This document shows, one piece after another, positions 54,833-64,000 of a DNA stretch of 64,000 nucleotides; position 1 is the stretch's first letter, and every line of letters begins with the position of its first letter. The stretch is from Eledone cirrhosa (Eukaryota). Below the pieces are notes generated by a model. It was given only the letters and a program-made list of their open reading frames with translations. It was not told the origin of the DNA and made no database searches. Position numbers and translations under genes: made by a program. The stretch is taken from contig OZ024743.1 of NCBI GenBank assembly GCA_964016885.1, positions 275,962,001 to 276,026,000 of the forward strand. The letters run 5' to 3'.

Positions 54833-55844
54833 TACATACATACATGTATATGATGGGTGTGTGGGCGTGGGTGGGTATGTATGTATGTATGTATGTATGT
54901 ATGTATGTATGTATGTATGTATGTATGTATGTATGTATGTATGTATGTATGTATGTATGTATGTATGTATATCCATCCATCAGTGTAAGAGGAGAGAAAT
55001 AAAAATGTAACAACAATAACAAAAAAAATCAAGATGAACAAAAATACAACTGAAATAAAAAGCAAAACTAATGAGCCTTATTGTGTTAGTGGAGGGTAAT
55101 GGCTTGGAAAGATTTTTATCTAGCAATTGATCAAAACAAGGAGATTGTTAATCTGATTGTTGTGTTAATGTGTGGAATAATTAGTTATGACCTCACTGAA
55201 CATACACACAAACAAACAGACAAGGTTGAAGACATGTTTAGATTTATCATATATACACTATATTGTTTCCATCCCACTCCCATCAAATTGCCCTTCAACA
55301 ACACACCAAATAAATGGTACAACACGACTGTATCAACCGCTTCCTATTTCGTGCCATCCACTGTTGAGGCTCCTGGTGTCCTTGGTCCCAGAACTAGTCT
55401 TCCTCTGCAAAATCGGAAGGAGTGCATCCCACCTGAGAAAGGAGCCCTATGAGGTAGATTGACTCATGCAGCTGCAGTAAATGAGTGTTACTGGTTATTT
55501 ATTCTCTGAAGCAATGTTTTCATTATTTTGATGGGACACAGCCGAGATATACTACCTAGACTGGGGTGTAGAGTTTACTACTCCTACCCACTTTCCTTAT
55601 TTTATTTTATCCCCTTTCTTTTAAATTTTTTTTTTATTTTTTTATACAAATGTTGATAAATTGTAAAAAAAAATTTCTTTTATTTTGAAGATACAGCTAA
55701 CTCCCACCCAGTTTGTTGAAATATTGGGGTGGGGAAAAAAAATTCTAAAAATAAAACTCATCCAATATTTATGATTACTTAACTCATTAAACTGATTAGA
55801 GAAAGAAATAATTACTGATGTAACATACAAGCTGCTGTCAGATA

Positions 55845-56515
55845 ATAATTATTTCTAACACTGGAATATGGTTGGCAATTTGGGAGAGGGGAAAGTTAAT
55901 TAACTGTCACCAGTACTCGACTGGTGATTTATTTTATCAACCCCAGGAGGATGAAAGGCAAAGCTGCCCATGACAGGATTTGAACAACTTCACAATCAGG
56001 AAGATCACTCTACTGAAAACAGCCCGCGTACTACAGAGACTACTGTCAATCAAGTGACATCCGCGTCCCCTTATAGTGCCACAAACCCATAGTTTGACTC
56101 AGTTATAATGGATGAGAAGGGGGAGGGGGAGTATGAAATAATGGTTTCTAATTTTGGCACGAGGCCAGCAATTTAGAGGAAGAGGGGAAAAGTTGATTAT
56201 ATCAACCCCAATATTTGACTGGTATTTTATTTTATAAACCTCAGAAAAGTGAAGCAAAGTTTTCACGTGACAGAATTTGAACGCAAAACATAAAGAGCCG
56301 TAACTGAATGCTGCAAAGCATTTTGTCTGACACTAACAATTCTGCAAATAATAGTAACAATTGTTTATACTTTTGGCACAAGACCAGATAATAGTAATAA
56401 TAATAATTGTTTCTACTTTTGGCACAAGGCCAGCAATTATCCCAGTGCATTACTGGTACTTTATTTTATCGACCCCGTAAGGATGAAAGGCAAAGTCAAC
56501 CTCGGCGGGATTTGA
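55845..56515 (-). mobile_element. Cluster of three or four SINE family A copies
   Basis: Repeated ctggta.ttt attttat...aaggatgaaaggcaaag segments at about 55920, 56220 and 56455. Confidence 0.8.
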
Positions 56516-56670
56516 TCAATAATAAATAATTATGAGTAAACAAGAAGCAAAATAAGCCAACTAACTAAAGCAAATATTTTGTGTCTGGCCACCAACTTCA
56601 GGAAAAACCTTTGCCTAATTCAAGCTAACAAAGCAAGTTATTACTTATTACAATAAAATGTGAGACTTAC

Positions 56671-56777
56671 CAAACTAGCTGGAACCGAAGCTCCATTGGG
56701 ATAAGGATAAGGTGAAACAACATAGCCAGGAATTGGTCCGATCCCTCGATCTGCAGGATGTTGTGACACAACCTTAT
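56671..56777 (-). CDS. pan: Internal coding exon of a TCF/LEF (pangolin / TCF7L2-like) HMG-box Wnt effector
   Basis: Seen: minus-strand acceptor tttctttttcttttttccttacag, donor gtaagt, 107 nt, open in phase 1->0, peptide (D)KVVSQHPADRGIGPIPGYVVSPYPYPNGASVPASL. Knowledge: PGY...SPYxPNG matches TCF7L2 exon 3 (PGYPFIMIPDLTSPYLPNGS), which is also phase 1->0, and resembles molluscan TCF as I recall it. No HMG box lies in the window to confirm it. Confidence 0.8.
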
Positions 56778-58566
56778 CTGTAAGGAAAAAAGAAAAAGAA
56801 ATACATTATCTCATTGAATACAAAAATACATTATATAAGACATAATTCTATTTCCTCCCAGTCTGATACATGTTAAAATCATATTTTATAGGCCATTTCT
56901 TTTCACAATCTAGCCAAGATGTCATTAAGCTTTAAAGATGTCTCTTTCATTTCCCCCAAGAGATACTTAACAACTCTTTATGTTTGGTAAAATATCACAG
57001 ATAATTATTATGGTGTTTGTTACTTCTCTCTCTCTCAACCAGCAGCCATAGAAAAGATGACCAGAATATATTTTTCAAATGTATATGTGTATGAGTGTGC
57101 ATACATGTGTGTGCGCGCGCACCTATAATATCTAATGATGATGGCACAAATCAAGCAACGGATGTTTGTTATATTCTTTCATTGGCGTATTTTGTCTCTC
57201 TGAAGTGCAAAACTTCAGGTGGGCATTGCTTCATGGTCCCCGTAGACAACATTGAAAAGGCATTACTATGTAGGAGAGCAAAGGAAATGTGCTGAAAGAA
57301 CTAGTCACAAAGCTCATTCCTGTGGGTCATCAAAACAAGCCTGAAAACAATAAGTGGACAGAGAAGTGGGTTGGGGTGCCAGGACATCAGAATTTTCCCA
57401 CTGCTTTAAATTTAATGATAAACCTATCAGAATGTGGCAAGTATTTCAACAACATGCGATTTTCAGATTGTCAGGCAATAACTGATGTAATTCTTATTAA
57501 CCCTTCTGTTACCATATTTCATAGTAACAAACACTACCAACAACTTTCAAATAATTCGAAAATCATCTAGAGTTTCTTACATAAAATAAATATAAACACT
57601 TAAAATTAAACAACTTTTTATTGAAGTACAACCAGAGACAGTTTCAAATGGTTGGGTCCAAAAGAGTTAAAGGAAAAAACATTGATATTCTAGAAAGTAA
57701 AATCAATCCACCTCCGTCTTTCTCCCCATTTTATATGGGAAACCTCAAAACTACTTTGGATTTATTTAAAATGCTTAATCAAGGAGAATCATATCCTCAA
57801 ATAGAAGACTTGGCCCAAATGCTTCAAACAGAATGGACTCTACTAAAGACACCCAAGGGCCAGGTGGTGTTAAACTAGGCAACTATCACCTGAGTAATCC
57901 ACAGTAGAATTTGAACTCAGAACACAATGAGCCATAACAAATACCATAAAGGTATCCTATCAGATGTTCTAATGACTGCCAGTTCATCACCTTTGAAAGA
58001 TGAAATTTGAAGCTGGACTTGGAGGGACCCGAGTTCAAACTGAACACACAGTCATAACAAATACAACAAGCCATTTTCCACCTAAACTCTGATGACTTGG
58101 CCAATTCGATATATAGCTTGAGGAAAACAAAATAAAATTCAGACATGACAAAAGTCAGCTGTTTCAGTAGAAAATTGAACATTTGCTAATGGTTAAAATA
58201 TTTTTAAAAACTTTTTCAGCAATGTATGTAGTTAAATCAGGTGAGTTAAAACCACCTCAATTAAGCTGCAATAAGGCAAAAAATAATAATAATAATAAAT
58301 AAATAAAAATAAAACACACACACACGCACGCACGCACGCGAAAAAGCAAGTCAAATAAAAACGGTTGCTAAGCCAGAGAAATATAATATTGATAGGCTTC
58401 TATTAAGTAAAAGTATAAGTAATGTTATATTTGATGAGATGAGAGATATATTTGATGGGTTTGGGGTATAGGGAGAGAAACTAAGTGTATTGCTATAGAA
58501 CCAAATTTATATATATATATGAGTGCCACTGTTAGTACACACACAAGCATATGAATGTGTGTGTGC

Positions 58567-58597
<31 letters not shown>

Positions 58598-58738
58598 AGA
58601 GAGAGAGAGAGAGAAAGAGTGATGGTAGTTGAAATGCGCCATGTAAAATTAAAATATAAGAAAGAGAGAATAAGCATTTTAAATTGATGCTTTTTCTGGA
58701 TAATCCTTTACTTTTCTCACCACACTGAAATGCCTAAC

Positions 58739-58775
<37 letters not shown>

Positions 58776-59094
58776 GTGTATGTGTGTGTGTGTGTATATA
58801 TATATACACACACACATATATACACATACACGTGCGTATGTATATATACATACATACACACACACACACGTGTGTGCCTGTGTGTGTGTGGGAGGGGAGA
58901 TATACATAAACACAAAGAAATTTGATTTTCTTTCTTTTCTTTTTTTTTATATATTCTTGGAGAGGTATTTTTGTTATTTCCTAAAAGTTCAGCAAGTTAG
59001 AGAAATTGTTTTAATTTTAGAGAAATGTCAAAGGTGTAAGTATCAACATAAGAAAGATGATACTCCATAGTTTCCAAAACAATGTGTGGATGTG

Positions 59095-59412
59095 TGGGCT
59101 GTATGTATATGGTGTGTGTGTGTGTGTGCACATGAGAGAGAATGTGTGTGTCTATGGGCTGTATGTGTATGTCTAAGGGTTGTGTGTATGTGGTTTGCGT
59201 GTGTCTATGGGCTGTATGTGTATGTCTAGGGGTTGTGTGTATGTGGTTTGTGTGTGTCTATGGGCTGTATGTATATGTCTAGGGGTTGTGTGTATGTGGT
59301 TTACGTGTGTCTATGGGCTGTATGTGTATGTCTAGGGGTTGTGTGTATGTGGTTTGTGTGTGTCTATGGGCTGTATGTATATGTCTAGGGGTTGTGTGTA
59401 TGTGGTTTGTGT
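59095..59412. repeat. 53-bp TG-rich minisatellite, about 5-6 units
   Basis: ctatgggctgtatg recurs at 59152, 59205 and onward. Confidence 0.93.
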
Positions 59413-59716
59413 ATATGTGAGAGAGAGAGAGAGAGAGAGTCTATGACTCTGATGAAATGTCTCTGGTAACAAGTCAACACCAAACTGTAACAGATCCGCC
59501 AGTGCAAGACTCTTAATTTTGTGTATTTATTACAATTGCAGTCAATAGGTTAGTAGTTATAGAGAGAGGGAGGGATATGTGTGTATGTGTGTACACATGT
59601 ATGCACAAGCACACATACATATATATACATAGGAGGGGGAAGACAGACACACACACATACACATACATATCTAGGGGTTGTAACATCCATATATATATAT
59701 ATATACACACACCCAC

Positions 59717-59780
<64 letters not shown>

Positions 59781-60259
59781 AGTAGGGGGGAGGAGACAAA
59801 CCAGTTTTAGACACCCCTAACAAAATACCTATATCAGATTATTCACAAAGAATTGTCCTCTTCTGTCACTTTAGGACTAAAAGACCCAAAACTCTTTTAA
59901 GTCAATAGTATTTTTGTTGTTTCCTCCATTTTGTTTAACTCCACCACTTTTTTTAAAATTATTATTTCGATGGGTTTCTAACCATATTGAATCAGAGCAG
60001 GGATTTATGTGGGACTATTTAGCATTCTTTAGTTGCACTTGTTTGACAAGTGTCTTTCACCACAGGGAGAGGGAGTTCGTGTGTTGAAAACTAAAAACAA
60101 TTACAGCTTGCTAAGTTAGAGTTATATTAGTCATTTTACACACACACACACAAGCGGGTGTGTGTGAATACATACATTACACACACATACACATGCACAC
60201 ACACAAGTGGGTGTGTGGGTGTGGGTGTGTGGGTGTGTATACATACATTACACACACAT

Positions 60260-60301
<42 letters not shown>

Positions 60302-60442
60302 GCAAATATATACATATATTTTCATACAAACAACCACATGTATGCGTAATAGAAGGGGATGGGGCTGTTAAATACTGAGCAATGGTCAAAGACCAGTAAC
60401 TGGATGTTGCAAGCACAGTAGGTCCATTTGTTTGGGCCATAC

Positions 60443-60479
60443 CTGCCACTCTCATATACCCAACTTTCAGCAAATTCAT
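60443..60479 (-). CDS. Candidate alternative first coding exon (MNLLKVGYMRVA+G), phase-1 donor
   Basis: ATG at 60479, 37 nt, ends CAG|GTATGG; splicing G|AT to 56777 gives an in-frame Asp. Speculative. Confidence 0.2.
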
Positions 60480-61609
60480 TGAGAACAACACCCCCTTTCC
60501 ACCCTCACTTTTCTCTTCAAATGGAACTTGAAGTTGACCTAGGCTTGGCTCACTGAAGAGGAATATGTCCTCATCCTTTTAAAACCATACAACCTTTATC
60601 ATGGCCACCAATCTAAAAGTAATTATAATTGCCTGACCTTCACAGCAAAAGAAAAATAGGAGAGCAATTCTCACAATGGGCTTAGCTGATGGCAATATCA
60701 GTTCTACATTAAGGCAATAGTTGCTTACCTATAAGTCAATATTGCTCAATAATACATTAATCCATTTGATTCTGAACTGCTCAAAGCCGACTCTGGTCCT
60801 AAAATACAAAACTGTTTGTTTTAAAGTGATGATATTAAACTTTTTAAAAAAATCCATAATAATTTTATGTAAGAACCTTTGTTATGCTCAAAACACCAGC
60901 TTAAACATGAGAGAGCTACTTATATTACTAAATACCTCCTAATTCAAAATGATTTTAAAATCATAGGCAGTGTCTTTCATTAAAAATATGAAAAGGAAAG
61001 GGTTAAATCTATAAGAGTCAGGTTAAAAAAAAATAAAGATAAAATGAAGTTGTTTCAACCATAAGATATGCCTTCTCTCTTTGGCACATGAGCATAACTT
61101 TTATTTGGTTTTTATATTGTCAAGGTAAGAGTTTGTTCACAACACAGAAACCACTACCACCACTTCACCCCACTCCATAAAAACAAATATCTTAAAGAAA
61201 GTATTTTTATTAGAAGTTTAATCAAGAGTTGGTGAGATTCCATTCCACAAGGGCTTTTACAGTTTGGTTTGGTTTTTGCTTTTACTCTTTCTCTCTTGAG
61301 ATGGAATTCCTAAAGATAAAAATAAATTTAGTTCTTTATATTTCTATTGTGCCAGTCTAAGCAGCTATTCCATAACAAAAGAAAAAAGTATGCCATGTTA
61401 CTACTTGTTAGTTTATTTTCATGAATCTTGAATGAAAACAAATCTTTGGAAAGAAAGAAGAAAAAAATGTTCCCACAGAGAAAAATAGGAGGGAGCAAAC
61501 GTCTATTAAAAAGAGGGAAAGAATTTTTTTTCAAGAGATGAGAGGGGAGAGAGAAAGAGATCATTAAATTTTTGAGATCATGTGTGTGTGTGTGTGTGGG
61601 TGTGGGTGT

Positions 61610-61673
<64 letters not shown>

Positions 61674-62829
61674 CATTGATAATTTACAAGTTGGACATAT
61701 TCCAAGTTTTGCACTATATAAATTGGCAAATATTTTCAACACAGATGTACTATAAAATGAATAAAACAAGACTTTTATAGTCAGATCTTTCGTTTTGAAA
61801 GATATAATTTACTTCTGAGCCAAAAAGTTGGGTTAAAAACAGCAAAATAAATAATATATTCAAGTCTTTCTAATGATGTTGACCAAAGCCAGGCTGGTTC
61901 AACCTCTGCTTGAGTTTGTATGTAAATGTTTGTGACAGACACTAAGCAACAGCAAGTCAAAATATAACAGAACTTAAACAATCAATTATAATAAAACTAT
62001 CATGAAGGAAGGGAAAAAATATTGCTTCCCTTTTGTGATTTAAGAACCTACAAGACAAGAAAGCTCCGACTGAAAAAAGTACAATCAATGAAACAAACTG
62101 TGCATTAATTAGGATAGCTGAACTAACTGGTAGGTAGGTGGTGGTGGATGGAATTACAGGAAAGAAAAGGCACAATTGTACTGAATGACCTGGTGGCTTG
62201 AAAGTGCAAACAACTGACCCATGCTGATACTGCATAACATAAACCCTTAGTTAATGAGATACATAGATAAAACAGAGGCATTTACTAGCAGAACACAGAA
62301 AGGATAAAAAGAAAAATAACCATAAAACTTGTTAATAGGATAAATTACAAAACTGAAATCAATTAAAAAAAAAATGACAGCTTTGGAAGAAACTGGGGAA
62401 GGAGAGGAAAGGAGAGAGAAAATGTTACATTCAGCAATCAGAGATGGATTTTTATCAGGTATATTAATACAAAACAACTAACAGGCAACAATAGACAAGG
62501 TGATAATGGTGGTAGGGGTTGGAGTTACTTAGTTGTATCATAAATACTTGCTGAAAAAAAGCCGGCTTTTTGGACTTAATTCATAGCAATTGCATAGCTG
62601 TCAAAGTATCATTGAATTGTGCAGACAATAACAAGCAGTAGTCAGTGAATTGTTGTAAGCAAAAATTTATTGATGTCCCTTTGAAAAGCAATTCAATGAA
62701 ATGTCCTCAGTAACTGAGGAAGACACTTACAGCTCTTTATCTGAGAAGCAATTATTTCATCTATCAGATAAATCAGATGAGCAGACTAAACATTACACAC
62801 CCACATATGTGTATATATATGTGTGTGTG

Positions 62830-62871
<42 letters not shown>

Positions 62872-63479
62872 AACACACACACAGATATCTATACAAACAC
62901 ACAAATATAAATTTATACACATACACACAAATATTTTTATATACACACGCGCGGACACATTTATACACATACACACATATACATTTATTACGCACACACA
63001 CACACATATGCATACACATACACACACACATATATACATACATACATACATTACAGGTGTTTTTAGTCATACAGCAAAGATGCTTGCATATCATACAAAA
63101 AAAAAAAAAAAGATAAGCACACGCAAACACAAAAGTCTCAATGTATTTCACAGCAGACAGTAATAATTTTATTTCAGGAGTTAATAATAACTTACAATCT
63201 GGTGAAATGGAAAAAAAAAAATTCAGAATCATCAGAATATAGTTTGTAGCAGAGAGTAGATTGAGAAGTGGGGTCTCCCAATGGGAAGTAACATACTGTT
63301 TCTAGTAGTTGGGTGAAGTAAAGGAGTGACGTTATAATAGGAAGTTAAGAGGTTGGTAATAGAAAAGGGCATCCAGCTGCAGAAAACCTGCCAAACAAAG
63401 GGTTGAGAGGTCTCTTCAGCTGTGTCAATGATATAATAACGTCCCTAGTGCTGGTGCCATGACAATATACTTGGTAGAA

Positions 63480-63745
63480 CATGGGAGAATGGGAGAGTGT
63501 AAGAAAGTAAGATGTGAAATCCCAGTCCATCTGAGCACTTGGTATAGCACAGAAGAAGGGATATAAGCAAGATGTGGAACCCAAACCCATCTGAGCACTT
63601 GATATAGCACAGTAGAATGGATGTGAGTGAGATGTGGAACCCAAACCCATCTGAGCACTTGGTAGAGCACATGAGAATGAATGTGAGTAAGATGTGGAAC
63701 CTAGCCAGTCTGAGCACTCGGTGGAGCACGGGAGAATGGATGTGA
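63480..63745. repeat. 60-bp tandem repeat, about 4.5 units, inside an RTE-tail-related element (about 63345-63810)
   Basis: gatgtg at 63511, 63571, 63631 and 63691; flanked by aagggcatccagctgcagaaaacctgcc upstream and gttaact(gat)n downstream. Confidence 0.88.
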
Positions 63746-64000
63746 TGACCAGTTCAGCCATTGGTAGCAGAAAAAACAGAAGTTAACTGATGATGATGAT
63801 GATGATGATAATGATAATGACTGGATGCTAGATGATAAGCTGCACTCCTAAGTCATTTAACCATTTTGATACCAAACCACCCCTAGTTGGTTCTATGGAA
63901 CAAAAATACTAATTTTAAATGGTTCTTATTTAAATTAAAACCTTCCAGCACAATTTTATATAAGAACCATCTTAATAGTTAATTTTAATAAAGCTCTCCA

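Noticed and set aside
55099-55462. 117-aa and 91-aa ORFs as a nested gene
   Set aside because: No recognisable domain or splice context; probably chance ORFs over a repeat fragment.
60722-60815. TAG|GTAAGC donor as a TCF exon
   Set aside because: Its upstream part lies inside a MITE and no TCF-like peptide results.

Overview
AT-rich, microsatellite-dense animal DNA, most likely a coleoid cephalopod such as Octopus (inferred from the repeat content and the one recognisable exon). The only convincing host coding sequence is a 107-nt minus-strand exon (56671-56777, DKVVSQHPADRGIGPIPGYVVSPYPYPNGASVPASL). It resembles the exon downstream of the beta-catenin-binding domain of TCF/LEF (pangolin) and has the same phase 1-to-0 structure as TCF7L2 exon 3. 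No later TCF exon is visible, so most of the window is probably one very large intron. It contains a young 5'-truncated RTE LINE with a PHD-like finger, CR1-type and older RTE remnants, three tRNA-derived SINE families, TTAA/CCCTT (piggyBac-type) MITEs and several minisatellites. The leading hypotheses are: (i) internal alternative first exons and a CpG-retaining internal promoter that could make TCF isoforms lacking the beta-catenin domain; (ii) a (TA)n-associated hairpin element family and a degenerate minimal hammerhead ribozyme, both suggestive of Penelope-like elements; (iii) a diverged pair of exon-like segments on the antisense strand. Most short ORFs in the track are microsatellite artefacts. 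All identifications are by eye and no database search was run.
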